Shown: piece by piece, positions 1 to 12,559 of the stretch
Numbering within the stretch: the stretch's first letter is position 1
How the letters are laid out: the number at the start of each line of letters is the position of its first letter
Assembly: GCA_038087875.1 (NCBI GenBank)
Contig: CM075987.1
Span: 5,208,001 to 5,272,000, forward strand
From: Malacoraja senta
Lineage: Eukaryota
Direction: 5' to 3'
DNA length: 64,000 bases
The notes under the pieces: generated by a model
The model's database searches: none
Told to the model about the DNA's origin: nothing
What the model saw: the letters and a program-made list of their open reading frames with translations, nothing else
Position numbers and translations under genes: made by a program

Positions 1-14
1 TATACACCCACCAC

Positions 15-318
15 GGTCACGGTGGCGCAGCGGTAGTGGCCTTACAGGGAATGCAGCACCAGAGACCCGGGTTCGATCCCGACTACGGGTACTGTCTGTA
101 CTGAGTTTGTCCGTTCTCCCCGTGACCTGCGTGGGTTTTCTCCGAGATCTTCGGTATCCTCCCACACTCCAAAGACGTACAGGTTTGTAGGTTAATTGGC
201 ATGGTAAATGTTTAAAAAAATTGTCCCTAGTGGGTGTTAATGTGCAGGGATCGCTGGTCGGCGCGGACCCGGTGGGCTGAAGGGCCTGGCTGTTTCCGCG
301 CTGTATCTCTAAACTAAA
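15..318 (+). mobile_element. HE1-like V-SINE
   Basis: tRNA-like head (A box ggtggcgcagcgg, B box gggttcgatcc), V-domain (gttctccccgtgacctgcgtgggttttctcc..cctcccacactccaaagac), CR1-like tail ending ctctaaactaaa. Confidence 0.9.
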
Positions 319-899
319 CCACCCTTTGTGTGAAAAAGTTACCCCTCAGGTTCTAATACATTTACTTAACAAGCTATCATACTTAATTTCCAAATTTTCC
401 CATGACTTGGGCTACCGGATAGTTACAGATTTCCACAATCCTTTTTGACAAGGAGTATATCCTGACCTTTAAATTTAAAAAGATATATAAAGCAACATGC
501 AATAGCTGCTGAATGTCTGAAATAGAATAAGGATGTTGGATATCCACGGCAAGTCAAGTGCCATCTGACAGGAGAGAAACAACATTTATATTTCAGGTCA
601 ATGATATTCAACTTAACCCAAAAAGAAACAATGGAAGATGAACCTGAAGTGCTTTATTTCTCACTAGCCGCTGCTTGACCTGCTGAACATTTCCAACATT
701 TTCCACTTGTTTTTTCATTTTATTTCTTACTTTCCCTATGACCAGCCCAAAGAAAATGATCATCTTTATCCACCCCATTAGCTCCTGTAATCATCATGAA
801 CAACTCACAGCGATCACCAGCGCACATTTTGGATGTTAATCTGCAAGGCCCACGATATCACTCTCACAAGTGTGTGTTGACCCCTTCCAAGGCCACCGT

Positions 900-1460
900 G
901 GGCGGCACAGTGGCGCAGCGGTAGAGTTGCTACCTTACAGCGCCAGAGACCCGGGTTCTATCCTCTACGGGTGCTGTCTGTACAGAGTTTTACGTTCTCC
1001 CCGTGACCACGTGGGATCTCTGGTTTCCTCCCACACTCAAAGACGTACAGGTTTGTAGGTTAATTGGCTTGGTATAATTGTAAATTGTCCCGAGTCATAG
1101 AGTCATAGAGTGATACAGCGTGGAAACAGGCCCTTCGGTCCAACTTGACCACATAGGCCAACATGTCCCAGCTACACTAGTCCCACCTGCCTGCGTTTGG
1201 TCCATATCCCTCCAAACCTGTCCTATCCATGTACTTGTCTAACTGTTTCTTAAACGTTGGGACATACACCCACCACCCTTTGTGTGAAAAAGGGTGTGTG
1301 TAGTGTGTAAAACCCAGTTTTTCCGTATGTAAACTGGGAAACTAGGTTTTACTATCCTCATGTGTGTAAGATAATGTAAGTGTGCGGGGATCGCTGGTCG
1401 GCGCGGGCTCGGTGGGCCGAAGGACCTGTTTCCGCGCTGTCTCTCTAAATTAAACACTAA
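900..1460 (+). mobile_element. HE1-like V-SINE split by a CR1 tail
   Basis: Head and V-domain 900-1090, tail resumes about 1360-1460. Confidence 0.85.
1091..1292 (-). mobile_element. CR1 (HER1-like) tail nested in a SINE
   Basis: agtcatagagtcatagagtgatacagcgtggaaacaggccc tail in reverse orientation. Confidence 0.8.
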
Positions 1461-1918
1461 ACTCTCCTGGACCAAGGAGTTTTCCTTGCCTGTATCACAA
1501 AACTTTTCTGGACAGTTGTTAACAATTCATTGTCCTAAAGAACTTGAAACATGACAAGTTTTGTAACAATTTAATATCAAAACCAAATCAGAGCCTGATG
1601 TGCAGCCGACTGTAAAGAATGTTATCTCACAATTACAAGTCTCGTGTTAATTTTAATTTACGTTGATAATACAGTTTAATTGTTAACATATTAGCTGCAT
1701 TAGTCCACAATGATGAGTTCACGAATATAGATGTTTAAAGACAGCATTAAAAAATTACCTTACAACTGGGTAATGAATGAGAAAATATCAAGTATTAACA
1801 CTTCAAAGCAGTAGTGGAAGAACCTAGCGCTGAATAGAACTAAATCAGAAATAGGTCTCCAATCTTACAAGTCAAGAGTATCAAAATCAGTTCAGCTACA
1901 ATCTTAGTAAGTCAATCT

Positions 1919-2215
1919 TTACACTTTCGAGATAAAGCATGGAAATGTGCCCTTCAGACCACCAATCCATGCTGTCGAGTGATCACCCCCCCCATATACT
2001 GGCACTAATTATTCTACACATTAAAGACAATTTACAATTTTTACCAAAGCCAATTGACCTGTATGTCTTTGGAGTGTGGAAGGAAACCGGAGCACAAGAA
2101 GATAAAGCCATGCAGTCACGGGGAGGATGTACAAAGAGCACACGTAGTCAGGTTTGAACCTGGGTCTTTAGCACTGCAAGACAGCAACTCTATCTCTGTG
2201 CCACTGTGCCGCCCT
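1919..2215 (-). mobile_element. HE1-like V-SINE
   Basis: Reverse-complement family match. Confidence 0.8.
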
Positions 2216-2339
2216 TCATTCTCCAAAACTATTTATTGGTATTACCGCTGGTTTAGAATTGCCATGTATACCAAGCTACAATTTTTAAAAAGTGTTTTGT
2301 GTGCGATCCAAGCAAATCACACATACACAAGTACATCAG

Positions 2340-2463
2340 GCACTGCAGATGCTGGTTTTAATCGAAGATAGACACAAAATGTTGGAGTAACTCAACAGGT
2401 CAGAAAAAGCATCTCTGCAGAAAAGGAATAGGTGACGTTTGGGGTCGAGACCCTTCGTCAGAC
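2340..2463 (-). mobile_element. PLE terminal-repeat fragment
   Basis: ctgcagatgctgg...gagtaactca...gacgtttggggtcgagacccttcgtcagac; hammerhead G12 mutated. Confidence 0.75.
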
Positions 2464-3175
2464 AATGTATTATCAGGTTGTGAGTATAACCGATCAGGAT
2501 CTAAACTGATCAAGCAAGTACCGATGAGCTTTCACGTATAGGGAGCCTGCCACTAGAGGTCCTCAATGGGCTACAGAGAAGACCAGGCTTAAATTAAGCA
2601 GAAACAAATTTGATTGTGCTACATTTTGATTTACTTTCGCAGGTCCCGCTGGTTTTGAGTACTCTACAGTAATGTTCGACAGAATGGTACCTACTGGAAC
2701 AAAGACATTTGTTTATAACACACGTGAAAACGGCAAGCAGGTGAAGATCAGCCATCAAACAGTGATCCCAAATCAATGTCACAAACCCCCGGTAGAGGAC
2801 CAGGATAAATATACATATAAATGGCTAATTCAGAGCAACTAAGCCTGGAAATGTTTCTCAAACCACCAAATTAATCAGAGATCTGGAAACAATAGTGAAA
2901 ATAAGGCGTATCATCCCATATCCCGTTATAAGCTTCCTTTATTCACAGGAACTCATCCAGCTCGCATTATGAATGCGTGGGGCAAACCCACACTGGATGT
3001 GTGTGCTGCAACTAATCCCAGGCCTTAATCAGTGAAAAGGCAAACCTCGCATCATCTAGCCAATGTAGTACATTCTTAAGTCCCCAGATTGTCTGCAGCA
3101 CGTCAAAGAGTCCCTTCGTCATTTAAAGCACCGAATACCTCCAAGGGATCCAATTTCTGGGAACAAAAAGACCCA

Positions 3176-3472
3176 GGGCGGCACGGTGGCGCAGCGGTGG
3201 AGTTGCTGCTTTACAGAGCAAGAGACCGGGTTCGATCCTGACTACGGGTGCTGTCTGTACGAACTTTGTACGTTCTCCCCGTGAGTTTTCCCCCAGGTGC
3301 TCCGGTTTCCGCCCACGCTCCAAAGACGTGCAGGTTTGTGGGGTTAATTGGCTTTGGTAAAAAATGGAAATTGTCCCGAGTGTGTAGGATAATGCTGGTG
3401 TATGGGGACTGCTGGTCGGCACAGACCCGGTGGGCCGAAGGGCCTGTTTCCACACCGTATTGCTAAACTAAG
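3176..3472 (+). mobile_element. HE1-like V-SINE
   Basis: Full-length family match. Confidence 0.9.
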
Positions 3473-3872
3473 CTCCATAAATACATTGTTATGACCATGC
3501 ATCAAGGCACTGATCCTCCTTGAAATATTTTCCAAGGTTTCCAAAACCAGTCGACAAAATTCAAAACTGCTTTCCAGATGTGGCTGTTGTAGGAAAACAG
3601 TTGTGTTGTGTTTTAAATTGGATCATCCTGGCAACAGATTCTCAAAGTCTATTTGCTTTAATGTAGCTTCACTGCCGATTATTAAACGCTAAGGATTTTA
3701 TCACAGCCAGATCCCTTTCTTTGTTGACAGACTTTAATTCAAAATCCCAGATGGTGTAAATGTGCAATATCTGTTAAGTTGATGAATTCCGGGGAATTTA
3801 TAAAATTGTTATTTCATGGAACAGGCCATCTCAGCCAAGATCAGCACTGATTGGCCATCAATAACTGTCACA

Positions 3873-4185
3873 AGAGTGATACAGTGTGGAAACAGGCCCT
3901 TCTGCCCAACTTGCCCGTACCAACCAGCATGTCCCATCTGCACTAGTCCCACCTGCCTGCCTTTGGCCCATATCCATCTAAACCTGTCCTATCCATGTAC
4001 CAGTCTAATTGCTTCTTAAACGTCGAAATAGTCCTTGCCTCAACTACCTCCTCCGGCAGCTCGTTCCATACACCCACCACCCTTTGCGTGAAAAAGTTAT
4101 CCCTCAGATTCCTATTAAATCTTTCCCCCTTCACCTTAAGCCTATGTCCTCTGGTTCTCGATTCCCCTACTCTGGGCAAGAGACT
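3873..4185 (-). mobile_element. CR1 (HER1-like) 3' fragment
   Basis: ESRTRGHRLKVKGERFNRNLRDNFFTQRVVGVWNELPEEVVEA. Confidence 0.9.
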
Positions 4186-4599
4186 GTGCAATCTTATTGC
4201 AATTAATAAGGTCATGGAGAGATCCTGAGTACTATGTGCACTTTTGGTTTCTTTACCTAAAAAAACAAATAACAAAAGCCTCAGAGGGATGGACAGAGAG
4301 AACACAAAATGGACAGCATGTGTGGACGGAATGGACAGATGTTGTTCAGGTTGGGAGCCTTCTTTAGTCTGAAGAAGGTTTCCAAGCCGACATCATGATT
4401 GTGGTCATTGTTCTTCCTTGATCATTAGAAGGCATTTGGATGATGATGGTTTGTAGGGATATGGGCCACAAGCTGGCAGGTGGGACTAGTGCAGATGGGG
4501 CGCATTTGTCAACAGGGGCAAGTTGGGTCAACGGGCCTGTTTGTGTGCTGTACAACTCTATGGACCATCCTTTTTCCATTCCCTGCACAGCATGCTCAC

Positions 4600-4815
4600 T
4601 CAGTTCAGTTTAGTTTATTGTCACATGTACCGAGGTACAGTGAAAAGCTTTTGTGGCGTGCCAACCAATCAGCAGAAAGGCAATACAATCAATGGATTCA
4701 CAGTGTATAGATACATGATAAGGGAACAACGTTTAGTGCGAGGTAAAGCCAGCAAAGTCCGATTAAGGATAGCCCGAGTGTCATCAAAGAGGTCGATAGT
4801 AGTTCAGCACTGCTC
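4600..4815 (-). mobile_element. Rex1/Babar-like 3' tail
   Basis: tttattgtcacatgtaccgaggtacagtgaaaagc, homologous to 57980-58250. Confidence 0.6.
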
Positions 4816-5356
4816 ACTGGCAATAAATATCCTGCTCAAACCTTTAAATATTAATAAATGTATCAAATGCAGTTGTGAAACATTTGGATATCAGCAGATG
4901 TGTGAAATCTACTTAAAGCTCAGACAACAGGCAATCCTGAAAGCCCACACAAGTCATGCATGTCATGAACCATTATCAATCACTGTTAAACTGTTAACCA
5001 TGCTGTAATACTCTTAGGCTCTGGCCTGTACCTTTATCAAGCACAATGTCTACATGCCCCTATGTTGCATTTGTGGTAGCCAAACTTTAGAAGTGGCTGC
5101 CATATTATTCTGACTAGAATCCGAAGTCTGGAGCCACAGGTTCAAATCCTAGCATGGGGACTGCAGATACTTAAATTCAAATAAATAGAAAAGGCTGGAA
5201 TATCGAGCCGCTACCATTAAGAGTGACAATTAAACTACAAGATATTCATAAACCCCATTTAATTCACTAATGTGAACCTGCTACCAGTGCACAAACTCAC
5301 CCATCTAAGTGGGTGATTCTTGACTGCCCTCTGAAACAGGCAAAAGAAATACTCAT

Positions 5357-5572
5357 GTGTAGGAAGGAACTGCAGAAGCGGGTTTACACCGAAGATAGAC
5401 ACAAAAAGCTGGAGTAAATCAGCGGGTCAGGCAGCATCTCTAGAGAAAAGGAATAGGTGAAGTTTCAAGTCGAGACCCTTCAGACTGAGAGGCGGGGGAG
5501 AGGGATAGCAGAGATATGAAAAGGAACATGGAACAAATGAATGAAAGGTATGCAAAAGGACAAATCAAAGCC
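5357..5572 (-). mobile_element. PLE terminal-repeat insertion with 13-bp TSD
   Basis: AAGAAATACTCAT at 5344-5356 and 5573-5585; splits an older SINE. Confidence 0.8.
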
Positions 5573-6767
5573 AAGAAATACTCATTTCCAGGCACAATTA
5601 GGAATGGGCTGTACTTGTTCGTTTAACCAAAAATCTCCACATCGCTTGAACCCGAATCAAAATATAAACTTGTTGCCAACTGTTTTACAAGTTCACGAAT
5701 TGCATGGTTGTAATTTATTTTCACAGGGAAAACCTGAGATCCTAAAATGAAAGAGTTGATCTTGAAAGAGTGTCAGTATCATTAAGATTTAAGGCATCAT
5801 TAAACTGGCCTCAAAACTACTTGATAAAACCTGGGAGAAAATGCGAACAAAGCACTCCAGCTTTAAAATGCGGTCACTGCATGAGGAAATAAACTAGCCC
5901 GAGAAAGGGAGACTTGAAAAACTAGGTTGCGTGGTTTTTTGGTGAAATACAGTCTATGCAGACAAACAAAAGAGCCTTGCATACTTTCAAAGGGAAAGGA
6001 TCAATATTTTCTCCTTTATCACCTTCAGTTTAATAACCCAGTTTACAATGTCAATCCCAGGTGACTACACACACAGCAAAAAATCATTCACTAATTCCTT
6101 TTTTCATTTAGTAGACAAACCACAAACCTCTAGTCCCTGTAGTACACTTACAGACATTTCTGCTGTAGTCAATGACAGGTTTTTCACAAGACTGAAAGCT
6201 AAGTAGAATTTCATAAGAAGCTAAAAATTATCAGCATTTTGTTAAATCCTTTGGGTGCAACACATTTTTTGTTAAAAACAGCAAAAACTGATCTGTATCT
6301 AATTAAATCTTTACTGTGACCCTACTTGGGAACAAATGCTGACGTTACAGGTTTTTTTTAAATTCCACATCAAAATCTAAACGAATAATTGACTGCTCGA
6401 AATCAAGCATTTCGATCATATTCTTCTTAATTCTCTGTCTAATAATATTACTTTTCTGATACATTTTTGCTTTGAAATTTAATTAAAATTACATAATCCT
6501 GCAAACTAATTTGTGAAGCAAGACAGCAAGATGAAGAACAAAGCAGATCAATGTACTCCATGTCAAACTTCTACAAGCCAACAAGTTTTAGAATTTGTTT
6601 ACCAAAATATCGCAATTTAAAATAACACCAGTTTGCGATTCACTTACATGAGATTACCAAAGAAAAACTGTGTTGATATTCTAACAAAGTCCTAAATTGT
6701 ACTAAATCCAAGATTGGAAATAATTGCATTTTAAAGGAACACGCAAATCAATTTGTAATGACAAAAT

Positions 6768-7062
6768 ATGTAGGAATGACCTGCAGATGCTGGTTTATAC
6801 GGAAGATAATCACAAAATGCAGGAGCAACTCAGCGCGTCAGCTGAGGTCTTCTGTCGTTGGTCCACATTTGTTCTGGCCTTTTCCCACCTCCAGACTTCA
6901 CCCTCATCCTCACCCTCACCACCCATCCCCCCCCCCCCCCCCACCCCCCACCTTCACTATCTTTCAGTCTGAAGAAGGATTCCAACCCAAATCGTCACTT
7001 ATACCATTCCACCAGAGATGCTACCTGACCCGCTGAGCTACTCCAGCATTTTGTATCCATCT
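6768..7062. mobile_element. PLE-derived fold-back element
   Basis: Inverted copies of the same terminal repeat; degenerate TSD (atttgtaatga/atttataatga). Confidence 0.7.
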
Positions 7063-7380
7063 TCCATTTATAATGATATTAAACAAAACCAATATAAACT
7101 TGAAAAATGGAAACATTCTAGATAATTAAAATGTTTATTTTTCCTGCGTTTCTGAACGGATCTCAAACAGTTCTAAATACAGGTAAAAGCAAGGTAGTAA
7201 ATGGAAATACAAAGTGAATGTGCACAGCTAAGTCATGGGCCTTCTCCTGGCCAGTTTCAACAAGGTTGTAGCTGCCAGCTCACCATTTAATGACATAGGA
7301 AGCTGGAGTCCAATAAGCAGAAAATGATGGCACTAGGACTCTTGTACATTTCATATCTAGATACACTTGGCACAATAGCC

Positions 7381-7595
7381 GGCACAGCGGTAGATTTCCT
7401 GCTTTATAGCACCAGAGACCCGGGTTCTCCGGGTGCTCCTGTTTCCTCCCACACTCCAAAGACGTACAGATTTGTAGGTTATTTGGCTTTGGGAAAATTG
7501 TAAATTGTCCCTACCGTTAGTCTGCGGGGATTGCTGGTCAGTGTGGGCTCAGTGGGCTGAAGGGCCCGTTTCCAAGCTGTGTTTCTGAACCAAAA
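7381..7595 (+). mobile_element. HE1-like V-SINE (internal deletion)
   Basis: Family match. Confidence 0.8.
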
Positions 7596-7947
7596 CGAGA
7601 CTAATACAGCTTATTCCACAACAACCAAGACGATAGGAGTGGTAGAATTCCAATAGTTTTGAATTGTGCTTATTTTAAACATAGATCCTCACTATTTGTA
7701 AATTTGCAGCTAAAAATCCAATATGAACCATGGACACAATATCCCCGAGGTGGTTCATTCCTTAGATCTGCACTTTAAAGGGAATCTCATAAAAGTCGTC
7801 TAATTGGGCCATAGACAATTAATGATAAATGAAGAGAATTTTAAACTAGTGGGTACGGCAATCCACTGCTGGTCAGTAAGAACAAAGAGCTGACATTTAC
7901 AGAGGGTGACTGAATTGTAATAACCGCGTCTAGGGCTGACAAACTTT

Positions 7948-8228
7948 GGGCGTTACGGTGGCACACGCCAGAAACCCTGACCACGGGTGCTGTCTGTACG
8001 GAGTTTGCACGTTCTCCCTGTGACCGCAAGGGTTTTCCCCGGGTGATCTGGTTTCCTCCCACACTCCAAAGACGTACAGGTTTGTAGGTTATTTGGCTTC
8101 AGTAAAAAATTCTAAACTGTCCCTAATGTGTGTCGGATAGTGTAAGTGTATGAGGATGGCTGGTTGGCGCGGACTCAATGGAGCAACGGGCCAGTTTACG
8201 AGCTGTATCTCTAAAGTAAACTAAACTA
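7948..8228 (+). mobile_element. HE1-like V-SINE
   Basis: Family match. Confidence 0.85.
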
Positions 8229-9129
8229 AATACATATTTCAGATTTATCTGCAGACAGTTTGAGGGATGGTAATGTCGGGAGAGAATATAGAACACGAAA
8301 GCTCAACTCAAGATCCAACAGTCTAGCTTCATTGAAGGCACTGGCTAAGGACTGCTTCAATTGAAGTCTCGGTTTTCTTCTCCCCAAAATTATAGTGGAA
8401 GGAATTATGGAACAACCAAGGCCTGATGTTGAAACAAAGTCTTACAACACAGTAACAGTGAAGGCGTCAAGTCAAATGAGAAATGCTAATTCAGCATTCC
8501 AGGACAATGGTACTCAAGGATCAGAACGTAAATAAGGACCAGTATTAAGCTAAAGGTGAATCATTCAATGAGTATAATTGCTCTGGCTGTAGTTTGTCAG
8601 GCAAAAGCAAAAACAACCAAAGATTTGTCTAATTAAATGAGGGATTAGAAGAAGTATTGAGATAGGATGGTGTGATCAACCACGTTCTAGGCTGCAAAGA
8701 GGGTAACACAAAGTGCTGGAGGAACTCAGCGGGTCAGGCAACATCTGCGATGTGAATGGACAGACAATGTTTCAGGTTCAGACTGAGTATGATGTACCTC
8801 AGTGTACACCTTGTGTGCTTACTGTAAGTATTACTTCAGGGTTGTGGTAAGAACAGAAGCAGGATTCAGAAAGATTAAAAGGGAACTGCAGATGGAAGAA
8901 GCAACAGAACCTGCATTGCAGATGAAGGGAAGGTTGAAGATGGAGCCCGCAAGGATAGGGTACAAACAGTTTGAGGTGCGGGTGGTGGGACGGCAGTATT
9001 GAAATTGAGGGCAATCTATATCCAAAAACGGGAAACACTTCTTCAGCTCACATGTGGGCTTGCGGAGGAGGTGAAAGCGTTAACCGTTTTGCATCAAATG
9101 AACATTTATGGGTCAGAGCATGACATGTC

Positions 9130-9535
9130 GGATATAGCAGCATATTGGTCATTTTATTCAACTGGTAAAATGAGGCTTGGACGAGTGATGTGGAGTCAGA
9201 AATTCAATTCTACCTCCACTGCTGGCAAATTTAAAATCAATTAACTTGTTAAATAAGCCTGCAATTTAAACAAAAGGACAGTACTAGCAATGGTGACCAT
9301 GAAGCTACTAGATTGCAGTGAAGTCCCTTGTGGTTTCCAGATGGCTTTCAGAGAAGGTAATCTGGCATCTTTACTTGCGTTGCCCTTTATGTTACCTCAG
9401 AATTACAAAATTCTGGCTGACTCTTAACTGTATCCTGAAATAGCCCTGCAAGCTTCTTCGTTCACGAGCGATTAGAAATGGACAATAAATTCTGGCCTTG
9501 TCAGTGACAACCACATCACATGAATGAACTCATTA
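9130..9535 (+). mobile_element. Ancient SINE-like repeat (second family)
   Basis: Homologous to 5090-5610 and reverse 58500-58700 (aatggtgaccatgaa..gactcttaactg..ctgaaa..gaatgaa). Confidence 0.55.
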
Positions 9536-10261
9536 AAAAAAGCTCACAAAAGGCCCAGGAGAAATGAGGAAATGGGAGAGAAGCCAGGGAAGGCAGCAAC
9601 AGAGGGACTTGAATAGCCGATCTCAATCTTAATACCAAAACGACTCTGTGGGGGTTTCTGTCCACTATATGGGGAGGGGGGGGGAGAAGGGGGGGGGGGG
9701 GCAGAATGAAGGTTTAATATGACTATTGGCACAGAAAGGAAGTGTGATTCTCTTTAATCTGGAGCAGTGAATGTGATCAGTGGAAACTAAACAATGCTCA
9801 ATGTCAGGGAAAATCGAGAAAATAAATTAGTTATTCCTCCCTCATCTTGAAACCCCCAATCCCAAATTAACAACAAATTCAATCAAATGACTCAAATACA
9901 ATTTGTCGACTTGCTTGGACTTGCCGTTTTGAAGGAGTTATAAGGCGGATGAAAACGTATCCTTGTAGGTTACGTTTAAAATAACTAGCAATTATAGAGC
10001 ATGCTTAATGTAGTGAAACATCCCAATGCATTTCAGAGGCATAATAAAAAGAAGAAATAAAAATACCACAGATCCCATATGAAGCCTGCCTTTGATATTG
10101 CTTGCCTAGGGCTCGAGTGGGACTAAGTTGGTGGTGTTAAAATGGGCATTTTTACCTGTTTTAATTCTGCTAAGATGTCAGTTTTTCCTCATTGGTCAGA
10201 GATGCTACCTGTCCTGCTGAGTTACTCCAGCATTTTGTGTCTATCTTCTAAATATTCTCTA

Positions 10262-10575
10262 TTTTGAATCACAGAGTCTTTTACTGAGAGTAGGGGAATC
10301 AAGAAACAGTGGAGATAGGTTTAAGATCAGATGGGAAAGATTTAATAGAACCTCAGAGACAATTTTTCCACACAGACGGTGGAGGGTATATTGAACGCGC
10401 CGCCACAGGAGGTAGTTGAGGCAGATACTAGAACAGCATTTAAAAGACATTCAGACAGGTACATGGATAGGATAGGTTTATAAGCCAAATGCGAGGAGGT
10501 GGGACTAGTGTAGATGGGGCATCTTGGTCAGCATGGACAAGTTGGGCCGAAGGGCCCGTTTCCCTGCTCTATGAT
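10262..10575 (+). mobile_element. CR1 (HER1-like) 3' fragment
   Basis: Homologous to 3873-4185, with ...ttgggccgaagggcccgtttccc tail. Confidence 0.8.
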
Positions 10576-10914
10576 TCCGATGTGCAAATTTGTGCAGCCT
10601 TCTTTCTGAAGGTACCGTACACCAGCTCAGAGCTCTCTCACAAAAGCCTGAATTCGATAGATTGAAGAGCTTCTTTGTCCTGGTGCAACACAGGTGAAGA
10701 ATTGGAATCACTTTTAACCACGGAAATTATTAGGTGGATGTAAAAGTTTGGTCTCCACAGAAAATTATTTTATGGAAACTTCGGACTCCAACCAAGTAAC
10801 CTAGTAACCAGACAGGAAGTCAGCATCACCAAGAATTGGCTATGGACATTTCATGAGCTCTTCAGTCAGAAAGCACACTTGATCCACATAGCCTCTTTTT
10901 CTTACTTACCGAAT

Positions 10915-11197
10915 AGTTTAGTTAAGTTGTGGTTTAGAGATACAGTGCAGAAACAGGCTCTTTGGCCCACCGGGTCTGCACTGACCAGCGATCCCTGCAC
11001 ATTAACACTATCCTACACCCACTCGGGACAATTTTTACATTTACACCGTCAATTAACCTACAAATCTGTACGTCTTTGGAGTGTGGGAGGAAACCGAAGA
11101 TCTCGGAGAAAACTTACGCAGGTCATGGGGAGAACGCACAAACTCCGTATAGACAGCACATGTAGTCAGGATCGAACCCGGGTCTCCGGCGCTGTGA
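10915..11197 (-). mobile_element. HE1-like V-SINE
   Basis: Family match. Confidence 0.85.
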
Positions 11198-11199
11198 AA

Positions 11200-11555
11200 T
11201 AGTGAAAGGCTTGGATAGAGTGAACGTGAACAGGATGTTTCCACTAGTGGGAGAGTCAAGGCCTAGAGGTCATAGCCTCAGAATTAAAGGGCATTCCTTC
11301 AGGAAGGAGATGAGGAGGAATTTCTTTAGTGCGAGGGCAGCGAATCTGTGTAATTCTTTGCCACAGAAGACTGTGGAGGCCATGTCAACGGATATTTTAA
11401 GGCAAAGATTGATTCTTGATTAGTACGCATGTCAGAGGTTATGGGGAGAAGGCAGGAGAATGAGGTTGGAAGGAGAGATAGATCAGACATGATTGAATGG
11501 CAGGGTAGACTTGATGGGCCGAATGTCCTAATTCTGCTCCTATCACTCATGACCT
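11200..11555 (+). mobile_element. CR1 3' fragment (second subfamily)
   Basis: KGLDRVNVNRMFPLVGESRPRGHSLRIKG; tail ctaattctgctcctatcac. Confidence 0.85.
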
Positions 11556-11591
11556 TCTTCCTAGTTTCATAGAATCCAAAATCCCACCAAA

Positions 11592-11848
11592 TTTAGTTTA
11601 GAGATACCACATATAAGCAGACCCTTCAGCCCACCGAGTCCATGCCAGCCAACAATCAACCTTACACCTTTGTCCTATACACTAGGGACAATTTACAGAA
11701 GTGCACAAACCTCTACATATTTGGAAGGAAACCGGAGCACCTGGAGGAAACCCACACGGTCCGCACAGACAGCATCCGTAGCCAGGATCGAACCTGGGTC
11801 TCTGCCGCTGCGAGGCAGCAACTCTAGTTCTGCACCACTGTGCTGTCC
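11592..11848 (-). mobile_element. HE1-like V-SINE
   Basis: Family match. Confidence 0.8.
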
Positions 11849-12296
11849 CATCCACCACCTGTACCTCAAACTTCACATTTGACTGTCCTTGCAAATTGAC
11901 ATACTCCAGAATTAGTGACCTTCCTCAACCCGTCCTACCACAAAAACACCCAACAGCATTCGTCCTAAAGGCCTCGTTTTGGCCATGACTCCTGCAGCTC
12001 ATAGTGCACTATGGTGAATGAGGCTTCCCATTTGTCATCTTCTCCAGAATGATAGTGTATTGCAGCGATAACTAATGCCAGTTCATAGCTGGGCTCTTGG
12101 TCTAATGGAGAGCCAAGGATATTGATCATCACTATGTTTTGAATGAAAACCACAACACGTCTCTTTCCTTGGCAGGCAAAGAATCAGACATGCAGACGTG
12201 TGGAAAAAAAGAGTAAGAGGTGCAAGTTGATTAATTGGTTCTTGGCCTCTGCCCTCCATTCAGTGAATGGTGTATAAATCTGTAAATCATACTGAC

Positions 12297-12542
12297 ATTT
12301 TCACCCAGAGAGTTGTGAATCTGTGGAATTCTCTGCCACAGAGAGCAGTGGAGGCCAACACACTCGATGTATTCAAGAAAGAGTTGGATATAGTTCATGG
12401 GGCTAATAAAATCAAGGGTTATGGTGGGAAAGCAGGAACAGGGTACTGATTCTGGATGATCAGCCATGATCAGATTAAAGGTGGCGCTGGCTCGATGGGC
12501 TGAATAGCCTACTCCTGTACCTATTTTCTATGTTTCTATGTT
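12297..12542 (+). mobile_element. CR1 3' fragment
   Basis: FTQRVVNLWNSLPQRAVEA; tail cctactcctgtacctattttctatgtttctatg. Confidence 0.85.
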
Positions 12543-12559
12543 CCTTTGACATGCAGTCC

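Noticed and set aside
15-100. tRNA genes (A/B boxes, many copies)
   Set aside because: They are the tRNA-derived heads of V-SINEs, continuing into the V-domain and CR1 tail, without a full cloverleaf.
2548-2564. CTCF-like motif TGCCACTAGAGGTCCTC
   Set aside because: A single imperfect match cannot be supported without ChIP or conservation data.
6152-6198. Possible minus-strand exon with a perfect GTAAGT donor
   Set aside because: Lengths of 40 or 47 nt are not frame-preserving and the peptide does not match MVB12B exon 7.
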